DNA of 14,487 nucleotides from Candidatus Diapherotrites archaeon CG10_big_fil_rev_8_21_14_0_10_31_34 (GCA_002763225.1 PFAI01000038.1:1-14487); one strand, 5' to 3'; positions 6,019 to 14,487 are shown, numbered from the stretch's first letter. A program made the numbers and translations. Notes: generated by a model from the sequence alone, not told the origin.

Positions 6019-7663
6019 ACATCATGCCTGGCATTCCGCCCATACCACCCATGTCTGGAGACATTTGAGCTGAACCTTTGCTTGAACCTGCAACAATGTC
6101 ATCGATTCTTAAAATCATTTCAGTTACTTCTGCTGCAGAAGTAATTGCCTGTGTTTTGACATTTAATGGTTCAATTACATTAGAGTTTTTTAAGTCAACT
6201 AACTGTGCTTTAAAGACATCAACTCCAATGTATTTTCCTTCTGGTTTAGCATGTTTTGATCTCAAACTAACTAGTGTGTCAATTGGATCCATTCCAGCTG
6301 TTTCAGCTAAAGTTCTAGGAATTATTTCAAGTGTTTCGGCAAATGCATCAATTGCAAGTTGTTCTCTTCCGCCAATTGTTTTAGCGTATTCTCTTAATTT
6401 GACTGCAACTTCAATTTCACTGCTTCCTCCGCCTGCAACAACTTTTCCTATTTTAATTGCTGAAATAACTGCTCCTAATGCGTCATTTAAGGCTCTTTCT
6501 GCTTCGTCCATTATGTGTTCTGAACCGCCTCTGACTAAAATTGTTACTGCTTTAGGGTTTTTGCATCCTTCAACAAATACCATGTCTTCGTTAGCTACTT
6601 TTCTTGAAGAAACTAATTCTGCGTTTCCTAAGTCTTTTGAAGAAATATCTGAAACTCTTGTAACAACTTTTGCTCCGGTTGATTTTGCAAGCAATCCCAT
6701 GTCAGATTTTTTTACTCTTCTGACTGCAACAATTCCTTCTTTTGCTAAAAAGTGTTGTGCCATGTCATCAATTCCTTTCTGGCAGAAAACAACAGTTGCA
6801 CCGGATTTTTTTATTGCATCAACCATATCTTTTAACATTTTTTCTTCTTGGTCTAAGAAAGCCTGTAATTGATCTGGGGAAGTAATCTGAATTTTTGCAT
6901 CTGTTTCAGTTTCTTTTATTTCCAAAGCTGAATCAACTAAAGCAATTTTTGCATTCTTCATTTTTCTTGGCATTCCTTCATGAACTATTTCTTTGTCAAT
7001 TACTACTCCTTTAATTAATTCTGAATCAGTTAATCCTGCCCCACCTTTTTTTTCTATTTTAATTTTGTCTCTTTCAACAGTTATTTTATCGTTTTCTTCT
7101 TCTGCAACTGTTTTGATTCCTTCAACAACTAAATCAGCTAATTCTGTTGCAGCTTCAGCTGCTTTTCCTGTCATTGAAGTAACAGCAATGTTCTTCAAAG
7201 TTTTAACATCTTTGATTGTAACTGGATCAGCTATTTCTGTGTAAAATTCTTTTGCTTTTTTTGCTGCCATTCTATAACCATTAATTATAATTGAAGAATG
7301 GATTTCATCATCAAGCATTCTTTCTGCTTTTCCAAGTAATCCGCCTGCTAAAACTACGACTGTTGTTGTTCCGTCTCCGACTTCATTATCCTGAGTTTTA
7401 GCTATTTCTACTAACATTTTTCCTATTGGATGGTCAATACTCATTTCACTTAAAATTGTTGCTCCATCATTTGAGATTGTAACGTCTCCTAAATCATCTA
7501 CAATCATTTTATCCATTCCTTTAGGCCCTAAAGTAGATTTAACTGCATTTGCAACTGCTTTTGCAATTAAAATATTAATTCTTTGTGCGTCTCTTCCTTT
7601 GGTTCTTTTTGAGCCATCAGAAAGAAAAACAACTTGCTGGTTCATATTATCTGTTTGTGCCAT
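6017..7663 (-). CDS. thsA: Thermosome subunit (group II chaperonin)
   Basis: 548 aa; [53 protein letters not shown]-terminal [11 protein letters not shown]. The alpha/beta assignment cannot be made from sequence alone. Confidence 0.97.
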   Translation of the reverse strand: MAQTDNMNQQVVFLSDGSKRTKGRDAQRINILIAKAVANAVKSTLGPKGMDKMIVDDLGDVTISNDGATILSEMSIDHPIGKMLVEIAKTQDNEVGDGTTTVVVLAGGLLGKAERMLDDEIHSSIIINGYRMAAKKAKEFYTEIADPVTIKDVKTLKNIAVTSMTGKAAEAATELADLVVEGIKTVAEEENDKITVERDKIKIEKKGGAGLTDSELIKGVVIDKEIVHEGMPRKMKNAKIALVDSALEIKETETDAKIQITSPDQLQAFLDQEEKMLKDMVDAIKKSGATVVFCQKGIDDMAQHFLAKEGIVAVRRVKKSDMGLLAKSTGAKVVTRVSDISSKDLGNAELVSSRKVANEDMVFVEGCKNPKAVTILVRGGSEHIMDEAERALNDALGAVISAIKIGKVVAGGGSSEIEVAVKLREYAKTIGGREQLAIDAFAETLEIIPRTLAETAGMDPIDTLVSLRSKHAKPEGKYIGVDVFKAQLVDLKNSNVIEPLNVKTQAITSAAEVTEMILRIDDIVAGSSKGSAQMSPDMGGMGGMPGMM

Positions 7664-7716
7664 AAAATCACGCTCCTATTTATGATTCAATTTATTCATT
7701 AAAATCAAATTAAATA

Positions 7717-7761
7717 TTGATGGATATAAATGTTTAAAAAGCTTTTTGATGGATATGAATG
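7717..7761 (-). promoter_or_regulatory. Thermosome promoter: BRE/TATA-like core flanked by a 16-bp direct repeat
   Basis: Minus strand CATTCATATCCATCAA-AAAGCTTTTTAAA-CATTTATATCCATCAA (repeats 15/16 identical). Confidence 0.6.
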
Positions 7762-7771
7762 ATTAGACGTT

Positions 7772-8104
7772 TTAGGAAATTTTCACTTTAAGCAAATGCC
7801 TGCTTTCAGGGATTAATCTGACATTTTCTCCTTTTTTTAAGTTATAGAATTTAGCTAAATCTGCTGGGACAGTTATTGCTAAGCTTCTTCCAGTAGAAAT
7901 GATGGGCCTTAAAACATTAAAAGAATTGATTTCTTTTTCAGTTTCCCTCATTTGCTCGCTTGAAACAAATTCTTTCCTGCACTTTTTGCATTTATAGTAT
8001 GGCTGTTGTTTTAGAATGACTTTCCCATCAAGGAGTTCAAGTGTTTCAAATTTTAATTCAGTTTTTCCGCCACAAAAACCACAGTCTACTTTTTCTTTTT
8101 CCAT
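7772..8104 (-). CDS. Putative antitoxin / regulator: YgiT/MqsA-type Zn ribbon fused to an AbrB/MazE/SpoVT-like domain
   Basis: CGFCGG...YYKCKKCRKEF, then IISTGRSLAITVPADLAKFYNLKKGENVRL (AbrB-like signature). Confidence 0.8.
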   Translation of the reverse strand: MEKEKVDCGFCGGKTELKFETLELLDGKVILKQQPYYKCKKCRKEFVSSEQMRETEKEINSFNVLRPIISTGRSLAITVPADLAKFYNLKKGENVRLIPESRHLLKVKIS

Positions 8105-8349
8105 AATCCAACCTCTCTTTCATTTGATTCCCAAATGCTAACAACATTAATCTGCTTTTTTGTTTCTTCTTTAATTACAGTAAAAAAATAATCCAATGCT
8201 TTGAAAATGGTTTTGATTGTTCCGTCTTTTTGTTTTTCTTTAACTTTTTGTTTTAAAATATTCTGGTCTGCTTCACCTAAATGAATTCCATAAATCAAAG
8301 AACGCTCAAAAAATCTTTCTCTTGCATGCCTTGACCAAACAATTCTCAT
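8086..8349 (-). CDS. DUF4258 / RelE-BrnT-like putative ribonuclease toxin
   Basis: MRIVWSRHARERFFER...INVVSIW; 87 aa, basic, overlaps the downstream gene by 19 nt. Start set at ATG 8349, about 25 nt after TTTATA (8379-8374), so probably leaderless. Confidence 0.7.
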   Translation of the reverse strand: MRIVWSRHARERFFERSLIYGIHLGEADQNILKQKVKEKQKDGTIKTIFKALDYFFTVIKEETKKQINVVSIWESNEREVGLWKKKK

Positions 8350-8522
8350 AATAAAAAAGTTAAACAAAAAAAATATAAATATATTCACTACCAAAGCATT
8401 ATCTTTTCATTAACAAACTTTAAAAATTAAAGAAAAAAAATTAGCGGGGTTACGCTGCCTGCTCTGGTTCTGCCTGAAACAACTTAAATCTTTTTTTAAT
8501 AGATTTCTCTCAGAATATCTGC

Positions 8523-9686
8523 ATGGAAATAGAAAAACAGGCAATTGAACTGCATGAAAAACTTAAAGGAAAACTTGAAGTTAAAAGCAAAGTTAAAATT
8601 GATTCAAAAGAAATGCTTGCATTAGCTTATACTCCTGGAGTAGCAGAGCCATGCAAAGAAATTCAGTCTCAACCTGACAAGGTCTGGAAGTATACAATCA
8701 AATCAGATACAATTGCAGTAATAACAGATGGAAGCGCAGTACTAGGTTTAGGAAACATTGGAGCAGAAGCTTCTCTGCCTGTAATGGAAGGAAAATGCGC
8801 GTTGTTTAAGGAATTAGCCGGAATAAATGCTTTTCCTATTGCAATTAAATCACAAAAAACAGAAGAAATTGTTTCAGTAATAAAAAATATTTCTCCGGTT
8901 TTTGGAGGAATAAACTTAGAAGATATTTCTTCCCCAAGATGTTTTGGAATTGAAAGACAATTACAGAATTTAGGGATTCCTGTAATGCATGATGACCAGC
9001 ATGCAACAGCAATAGTTGTATTGGCTGCTCTGCAAAATGCTTTGAAAGTAGTTGGAAAAGAAATGAAGGATTTGAAAATTGTTTTGAATGGAATTGGAGC
9101 AGCAGGAACAGCAATAACAAAAATCCTTTTAGCAGAAGAAAAGCCAAAAGAAATAATTTTATGCGACAAACAAGGAATTTTATTTAAAGGAAAAACAGAT
9201 ATGATAGAACACCATAAAGAATTAGCTGAAATAACTAATGAAAAAAAAGTGCAGGGAAATTTGAGTGATGCTTTGGTTGGCGCAGATGTTTTTATCGGAG
9301 TTTCAGCCCCAAATATTTTATCAAAAAAAATGATTAAATCAATGAACTCCAAAGCAATAGTTTTTGCTTTAGCTAACCCTATTCCAGAAATAAGCAGGGA
9401 AGACGCATTGGATGCCGGCGTGGAAGTTTTTGCTTCAGGCAGAAGCGATGACTTAAACCAAGTGAATAATGTATTGGTTTTTCCCGGAGTGTTTAAAGGA
9501 GCATTAAATGCAAAAGCCAAAAGAATTAATGAAGAAATGAAATTAGCCGCGGCAAAAGCACTGGCTTCCTGCATAGATAAACCAACAAAAGAAAAATTTA
9601 TTCCTTCACCATTAGATAAAGAAGTAGTAAAAAAAATCTCTAAAGCAGTGGAAAAAACTGCAATAAAATCAGGCGCAGTGAAATAA
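8523..9686 (+). CDS. NAD(P)-dependent malic enzyme (short prokaryotic type)
   Basis: LAYTPGVAEPC, TDGSAVLGLGNIG, PVMEGK, GGINLEDISSPRCF, MHDDQH, GIGAAG, FALANPIPEI, GRSD..NQVNNVLVFPG. Confidence 0.96.
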   Translation: MEIEKQAIELHEKLKGKLEVKSKVKIDSKEMLALAYTPGVAEPCKEIQSQPDKVWKYTIKSDTIAVITDGSAVLGLGNIGAEASLPVMEGKCALFKELAGINAFPIAIKSQKTEEIVSVIKNISPVFGGINLEDISSPRCFGIERQLQNLGIPVMHDDQHATAIVVLAALQNALKVVGKEMKDLKIVLNGIGAAGTAITKILLAEEKPKEIILCDKQGILFKGKTDMIEHHKELAEITNEKKVQGNLSDALVGADVFIGVSAPNILSKKMIKSMNSKAIVFALANPIPEISREDALDAGVEVFASGRSDDLNQVNNVLVFPGVFKGALNAKAKRINEEMKLAAAKALASCIDKPTKEKFIPSPLDKEVVKKISKAVEKTAIKSGAVK

Positions 9687-9764
9687 AAAAAATAAAAGCG
9701 AAAAAGAAAAATAAAAAAATTGAATGAAAAAAGAAAATAAAAAAAATTAATTTGAAGTGAAAAA

Positions 9765-10646
9765 ATGAAAGAAAAAATTGATTTGATTCAGGCTTTAGTT
9801 GAATTATACAGGCTAACTTCGGTTTGCCTGCCAAAAGATGTTAAACAAAAAATAAAGGAAATAAGAGAAAAAGAAACAAGCATATTAGCAAAAAAAGTAA
9901 TGGAGTCAATAGAGCAAAACCTTGAAATAGCAGAAAAAAAGAATCTGCCTTTATGCGAAGACACTGGAATACCGATTTTTTTCATTGAAATCCCAAAAAG
10001 TTTTGACCAAAATGAAATAAAAGAAAGAATTCTGAAAGCAACAGAAACTGCAACAGAAAAAAATTTTTTAAGGCCAAATGCAGTGGATTCATTAACACAA
10101 AAAAATTCCGGAACAGGAGTTGGAAAAGGGATTCCGACAATTTATTTTGAACAAAAAGAAAGAACCGGCATAAAATTTAATTTAATTCTTAAAGGAGGAG
10201 GAAGCGAAAACATTGGCAGAACTTATTCTTTGCCTAACCCTGAACTAAAAGCAGGAAGAGACTTGGATGGAGTAAGAAAATGCGTGTTAGATGCAGCAGT
10301 TAAAGCACAAGGGCTTGGATGCCCTCCGACAATTGTTTCTCTTGTAGTCGGAGGAACAAAAGATGTTATTTCTTTTGAATCAAAAAAACAGTTATTAGAA
10401 AAGCTTGGAGAAAAAACTGAAGGAAAAGAAAAAGAAGTAATTGAATTTGAAGAAAAATTACTGCAAGAAATAAATTCTCTGGGAATCGGCCCAATGGGAT
10501 TAAAAGGAAAAAACACTGTAATGGGTGTTAAAGCAAAATTCCTGCACAGGCATCCTGCAAGCTTTTTTGTTGAAGTTAGTTTTATGTGCTGGGCAGACAG
10601 AAGGCATTCATTAATCTGGAAAAATGGGGAGGCAGAATATGACTGA
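9765..10646 (+). CDS. Fe-S hydro-lyase (class I fumarate hydratase / tartrate dehydratase) alpha subunit
   Basis: PLCEDTG, LRPNAV, KGGGSEN, GCPP, LGIGPMGL, HRHPAS, CWADRR (three Fe-S cysteines). Confidence 0.93.
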   Translation: MKEKIDLIQALVELYRLTSVCLPKDVKQKIKEIREKETSILAKKVMESIEQNLEIAEKKNLPLCEDTGIPIFFIEIPKSFDQNEIKERILKATETATEKNFLRPNAVDSLTQKNSGTGVGKGIPTIYFEQKERTGIKFNLILKGGGSENIGRTYSLPNPELKAGRDLDGVRKCVLDAAVKAQGLGCPPTIVSLVVGGTKDVISFESKKQLLEKLGEKTEGKEKEVIEFEEKLLQEINSLGIGPMGLKGKNTVMGVKAKFLHRHPASFFVEVSFMCWADRRHSLIWKNGEAEYD

Positions 10647-11226
10647 AACCAAAGTGATTAAACTGCATACTCCGCTCAAAGAACAGGAAATCAGAAAACT
10701 TAATTCAGGGGATTTAGTTGAATTAACCGGAACAATTTTTCTGGCAAGAGACAGAGTGCATAAATCATTAACAGAAAAAATTGATGAAAAGTTTCAGGCA
10801 AAACTGAAAAACGGAGTAATATATCATTGCGGGCCAATAGCAAAAAAAGAAAACGGGAAATGGAAAATTCTTTCAGCGGGACCGACTACAAGCACAAGAA
10901 TGGAAGAATTCGAAGAAACAATGATGGAAGAATATGGAATAAAAGCAGTAATAGGAAAAGGCGGAATGAAAGAAAAAACATTAAATGCATTACAAAATTT
11001 TGGTGCAGTTTATTTATTGGCTGTAGGTGGGACAGCAGCATTATTAGCTGAAAAAATTGTTAAAGTAAAAAACGTGTTTTTTTTAGAAGAATTCGGGATT
11101 CCGGAAGCATTATGGGAATTTGAAGTAAAAGATTTTCCTTTAATTGTGTCAATGGATTCAAAAGGAAGAAGTTTGCATAAAGAAGTACTAGAAGAATCAG
11201 AAAAAAAATTAAAAGAAATTGCTTAA
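10639..11226 (+). CDS. Fe-S hydro-lyase (class I fumarate hydratase / tartrate dehydratase) beta subunit
   Basis: ARDRVH, IYHCGP, AGPTTSTRM, IGKGGM, GIPEALW, MDSKG. Start set at ATG 10639 after GGGGAGG; overlaps the alpha gene by 8 nt (ATGACTGA). Confidence 0.93.
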   Translation: MTETKVIKLHTPLKEQEIRKLNSGDLVELTGTIFLARDRVHKSLTEKIDEKFQAKLKNGVIYHCGPIAKKENGKWKILSAGPTTSTRMEEFEETMMEEYGIKAVIGKGGMKEKTLNALQNFGAVYLLAVGGTAALLAEKIVKVKNVFFLEEFGIPEALWEFEVKDFPLIVSMDSKGRSLHKEVLEESEKKLKEIA

Positions 11227-11278
11227 CAAAAACAAAAAATTAATTAAAAGAAAAACAAAAAAAACGGAATGATTGGAG

Positions 11279-12394
11279 ATGAAAATAAACGGCAGGCATT
11301 ACAAAACGATTTGGGTTAAAGAAGGCGATGAAAAAACCATTCAAATAATTGACCAAAGAAATCTGCCGCACGAATTTGTAATAGAAGAACTGAATTCAGT
11401 TGAAGATGTATTTAATGCAATAAAAGAAATGCATGTAAGAGGCGCGCCATTAATTGGAGCAACCGCAGCTTATGGAATGTATTTAAGTGTATTAGAAGCA
11501 GAAGAAAAAAAAGATGAAAGAATAATTGAAGATTCAGCAGAAAAATTGATTTCTGCTAGACCAACAGCAAAAGACTTGGAGTGGGCAGTAAAACAACAAT
11601 TAGAAAAAATAAATAAAACAAATGATTTAAAAGAAAAAAAAAGAATTGCTTTAAGTAATGCAAAAAAGATTTCAAATGAGTCAGCAGAACAATGCAAAAA
11701 AATAGGCGAATTCGGCGTTAAATTAATTGAAGAAATTAGCAGGAAAAAAAACGGGGAAACAGTTAATATTTTGACTCATTGTAATGCAGGATGGCTTGCA
11801 TGCATTGATTTTGGTACAGCAACTGCACCAATTTATGAAGCACAAAAAAAAGGAATTAAAATTCATGTTTGGGTTGACGAAACAAGGCCGAGAAATCAAG
11901 GAAGTAGATTAACTGCATGGGAATTATTACAGCAGGAAGTTCCTCATACTGTTATAGTTGATAATGCAGGAGGCCATTTAATGCAAAACGGATTAGTTGA
12001 TTTAGTTTTAGTTGGAACAGACAGAACAACATTCAATGGAGATGTTGCAAACAAAATCGGAACTTATCTGAAAGCATTGGCTGCAAAAGACAATGAAATT
12101 CCTTTTTTTGTTGCATTGCCTTCTCCTACAATTGACTGGGAAATGAAATCAGGAAAAAGCATTCCAATTGAAGAAAGGAATTCAGATGAAGTAAAATATG
12201 CCAGAGGATTATTGGATGGAAAAATAAGAAAAGTTTTATTGACTCCAAAAGAAAGCCATGCAAAAAATTATGCTTTTGATGTGACTCCTGCAAGATTAAT
12301 TACTGGATTGATTACTGAAAGAGGGATCTGCAAAGCAGACGAAAAAAGCATTAAAGAACTTTTTTCAGAAAAATTCATTGAAGAAATTGATTAA
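11279..12394 (+). CDS. mtnA: S-methyl-5-thioribose-1-phosphate isomerase (eIF2B-like family)
   Basis: IIDQRNLP, MHVRGAPLIG, SARPTA, LTHCNAGWLA, VDETRPRNQG, GTDR...GDVANKIGTY, FDVTPARLITGLITERG. The start could alternatively be TTG 11273. Confidence 0.93.
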   Translation: MKINGRHYKTIWVKEGDEKTIQIIDQRNLPHEFVIEELNSVEDVFNAIKEMHVRGAPLIGATAAYGMYLSVLEAEEKKDERIIEDSAEKLISARPTAKDLEWAVKQQLEKINKTNDLKEKKRIALSNAKKISNESAEQCKKIGEFGVKLIEEISRKKNGETVNILTHCNAGWLACIDFGTATAPIYEAQKKGIKIHVWVDETRPRNQGSRLTAWELLQQEVPHTVIVDNAGGHLMQNGLVDLVLVGTDRTTFNGDVANKIGTYLKALAAKDNEIPFFVALPSPTIDWEMKSGKSIPIEERNSDEVKYARGLLDGKIRKVLLTPKESHAKNYAFDVTPARLITGLITERGICKADEKSIKELFSEKFIEEID

Positions 12395-12402
12395 GTGAAA
12401 AA

Positions 12403-12996
12403 ATGTCTGATTATATTAAATTTAACTGCAATCTGATTAAAGGAACAGTTGAAAAAGAAAAAATTGAAGAACTGAATTATTGGAGAAACAAATTATTTGA
12501 AATGGGTTTAATTGGTGTTTATGAAAATGGAGTTGGGTTTGGAAACATCAGTGAAAGAACTCAAGGAAACAAGTTTATTATAACTGGAAGTACAACAGGC
12601 GGAAAAGAAAAACTTGACGAAAAAGGTTACTGCAAAGTAACTGAATTTGATTTCAAAAAAAACAGTTTGAGTTGTGTTGGAAAAATAAAGGCTTCAAGCG
12701 AATCATTAACTCATGCAGCAGTCTACCAGTCTTTAGCTGAAGTTAATGCAGTGATTCACGTGCATAACCTGAAATTATGGAATTATTTGCTGGAAAAAGC
12801 TCCTGCAACAAAAAAAGAAGTTAAATATGGTACTCCTGAAATGGCAAAAGAACTTATTAGGTTAGTGAAAGAAAAAGAAGCCAGGGAAAAAAAGATTGTT
12901 GTAATGAAAGGACACAAAGAAGGAATAATTTCTTTCGGAAAAACACTTGAAGAAGCAGGAAAAACACTTTTGAAATATTTTGAGGAAAGCAAATGA
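12403..12996 (+). CDS. Class II aldolase/adducin family protein (MtnB/Ald2/FucA fold)
   Basis: GNISER, FIITGS, ASSESLTHAAVY, AVIHVH, YGTPEMA, MKGHKEG (metal-binding His residues). Confidence 0.9.
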   Translation: MSDYIKFNCNLIKGTVEKEKIEELNYWRNKLFEMGLIGVYENGVGFGNISERTQGNKFIITGSTTGGKEKLDEKGYCKVTEFDFKKNSLSCVGKIKASSESLTHAAVYQSLAEVNAVIHVHNLKLWNYLLEKAPATKKEVKYGTPEMAKELIRLVKEKEAREKKIVVMKGHKEGIISFGKTLEEAGKTLLKYFEESK

Positions 12997-13565
12997 ATTT
13001 TCCCAAAAATCTTTCAGAATTCCTAAAAAAAGAAAACTTAAAACTTGAAAGAAAGATAGCTAAAGGTTTTTCAAGCGAAGTTTTTTTAGTGAAAAAAGGA
13101 AAAAAAGAATTTGCTTTGAAAATAGAGAAACTAAAGTCAAGAAGAGAAGAAATGGCTGAAAGAGAAGTAGAAAATTTAAGGAAAGCAAATGAGATTGGAG
13201 TTGGACCAAAACTTTATGCTTTTGATTTAGAGAAAAGAATTATTTTAATGGAATTCATTAAAGGAAAAACTTTTTCTAAATGGCTTTTTGGATTAAAAAA
13301 AAACAAGGAAAACAAAAAGAAACTGGAAAAATTTATTTCAGAACTTTTTTTGCAGGCAGAAAAAATGGATAAACTGGGTTTAGATCACGGGCAATTAGCT
13401 GGAAGAGGAGTAAACATTTTGGTTAAAAGAAACAAGCCGGTTATAATTGATTTCGAGAAAGCCTCGCAAAAAAGAAGATGTCATAACAAAACAGTTTTAG
13501 AGTCTTTTTTGTTAAAAAACCCTTTTTCAGAAATAACAAAAAAAGTCAAGCAAATTCTGGATTGA
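12993..13565 (+). CDS. Minimal archaeal Ser/Thr protein kinase-like protein (RIO/Bud32-related, COG2112-like)
   Basis: IAKGFSSEVF, FALKIE, EREVENL, GVGPKLY, LMEFIKG, DHGQL, NILV, IIDFE; ATGA overlap with the aldolase gene. Confidence 0.85.
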   Translation: MNFPKNLSEFLKKENLKLERKIAKGFSSEVFLVKKGKKEFALKIEKLKSRREEMAEREVENLRKANEIGVGPKLYAFDLEKRIILMEFIKGKTFSKWLFGLKKNKENKKKLEKFISELFLQAEKMDKLGLDHGQLAGRGVNILVKRNKPVIIDFEKASQKRRCHNKTVLESFLLKNPFSEITKKVKQILD

Positions 13566-13589
13566 AAAAAAAATAAAAAAAAGAAGAAA

Positions 13590-14090
13590 TCATTTTTTTG
13601 GGATTTTTTCTGTGTATTTGTTGACAAAAGTTTTTCTTAAAACAAATTTTCTGTCAACTTCTGAAATTAAAACATCACAAGCTATTTTGATTGTCTCCAT
13701 TTCCTTGATTAAACGCTCTTTTTCTAATTCAATTTCAGAAACATTTTCATATGATTCGATTGCATCCCAAAACATGCTTCCATCAACATAAGTGTATGGA
13801 TGAGAATTCATTTTTTTTGCAATTCTTTCAACCATTTTTCCAAGCCATAAATTCATTTCAACTTTAACCTGACCTTTAATCTGTTTTCCTTTGTCCAAAT
13901 GAGTTCTAAGCATGTTAACTATTGTTGCTCTTGGAAAAGGCAGATTCAATGAATCAGCATCATTGTCATCAATATCTTCTGGAATAGCTGTATCAGATTC
14001 TTTAACTAAATCTTCAGCTTGTTCATCTAAATCTATTTTTTCTTTTTCTTCAGCTTTTTTTTCTTTTTCTGATTGCTTTTCTTTACTCAT
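13590..14090 (-). CDS. Histone-fold-like protein with charged N-terminal tail and predicted C-terminal coiled coil
   Basis: LPFPRATIVNMLR...QIKGQVKVEMNLWLGKMVERIAKKMN...YVDGSMFWDAIE follows the alpha1-L1-alpha2-L2-alpha3 pattern of histone/NF-YB/Dr1 folds; purine-rich SD AGGGGGA upstream. Confidence 0.65.
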   Translation of the reverse strand: MSKEKQSEKEKKAEEKEKIDLDEQAEDLVKESDTAIPEDIDDNDADSLNLPFPRATIVNMLRTHLDKGKQIKGQVKVEMNLWLGKMVERIAKKMNSHPYTYVDGSMFWDAIESYENVSEIELEKERLIKEMETIKIACDVLISEVDRKFVLRKTFVNKYTEKIPKK

Positions 14091-14219
14091 TTAAATTTCC
14101 CCCTATAAAAAAATATACAACAAGCACTAAAATACTGTCAATAAAATAAAGAAAGATTCAAAATATAAATGCTTACTGCAAGAAAATCCTTTCAGGTTTT
14201 TTTATAAAAGTTTCTTTTT

Positions 14220-14487
14220 TTAATTAAAACCATATTCTCGTGCAAATAACAGCACTTCAATAGCTGTTATAATAAAGAAAAAGCCTGCAACATAAGAAAT
14301 CCATGCACTGATTACCAGCACAGGCATAGAAGAATAGTCATTAATAAAAGAAATAAAGTTAAATAAATGCAGTGAAAAAAACATTAAAGCAGTCAAAAAA
14401 ATCCATCTGGTAATGGCTTTTAATTCAGTTAAACGGAATTTTAAAGTGCTTATAAAAGATACAATCACTGCAATAAAAATCAAAAAA
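14220..14487 (-). CDS. Hydrophobic membrane protein, 5' end outside the window
   Basis: Open frame running to the right edge with three hydrophobic segments; stop at 14220-14222. Confidence 0.6.
   Translation of the reverse strand, partial: FLIFIAVIVSFISTLKFRLTELKAITRWIFLTALMFFSLHLFNFISFINDYSSMPVLVISAWISYVAGFFFIITAIEVLLFAREYGFN

Noticed and set aside
6078..7244. Long plus-strand ORFs 6078-6872 and 6993-7244
   Set aside because: Antisense to the thermosome gene; no independent motifs.
8443..8480. TPP riboswitch, C/D box sRNA or split-tRNA half
   Set aside because: No CTGAGA/ACCTGAT core, no C box (RTGATGA), and no D arm or anticodon arm can be formed.
9687..9764. A-rich quasi-repeats (aaaaagaaaataaaaaaa) between malic enzyme and hydro-lyase
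   Set aside because: Low-complexity A tracts occur in most intergenic regions here; not distinguishable from background.
12993..13565. Kinase as methylthioribose kinase MtnK
   Set aside because: At 190 aa it is far shorter than MtnK and its motifs fit the minimal archaeal Ser/Thr kinase family.
8669..14094. ORFs 8669-9574, 8845-9147, 9640-9834, 9788-9985, 10223-10516, 10827-11051, 11470-11697, 12783-12992, 13912-14094
   Set aside because: Antisense or out-of-frame shadows of well-supported genes, or of A-rich intergenic sequence.

Overview
AT-rich archaeal chromosomal window. Archaeal origin is supported by a group II chaperonin, an archaeal-type IleRS, TATA-like boxes and GGTGAT/GGAGG Shine-Dalgarno (SD) sites; a DPANN-like lineage is my inference only. 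The left half is mostly minus strand: ileS (truncated by the window edge), a tRNA-Ile with the rare UAU anticodon directly upstream of ileS, a DUF6498-like membrane protein, a single-OB-fold SSB, an MscS-associated TM-helix protein, a P-loop NMP/dephospho-CoA-kinase-like protein, the thermosome, and a DUF4258 plus Zn-ribbon/AbrB toxin-antitoxin-like pair. The right half is a plus-strand run: malic enzyme, two-subunit Fe-S fumarate/tartrate hydro-lyase, MtnA, a class II aldolase and a small Ser/Thr-kinase-like gene. It is followed by a minus-strand histone-fold protein with a charged N-terminal tail and a predicted coiled coil. The most striking unexplained signal is a family of seven co-oriented palindromic repeats within 2521-6018 (TTTTGWT + 8-9-bp arm/2-3-nt loop/arm, with compensatory changes). 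Four copies carry a second GC-rich hairpin, two lie inside protein-coding sequence, and two fill the tRNA-Ile-ileS spacer.
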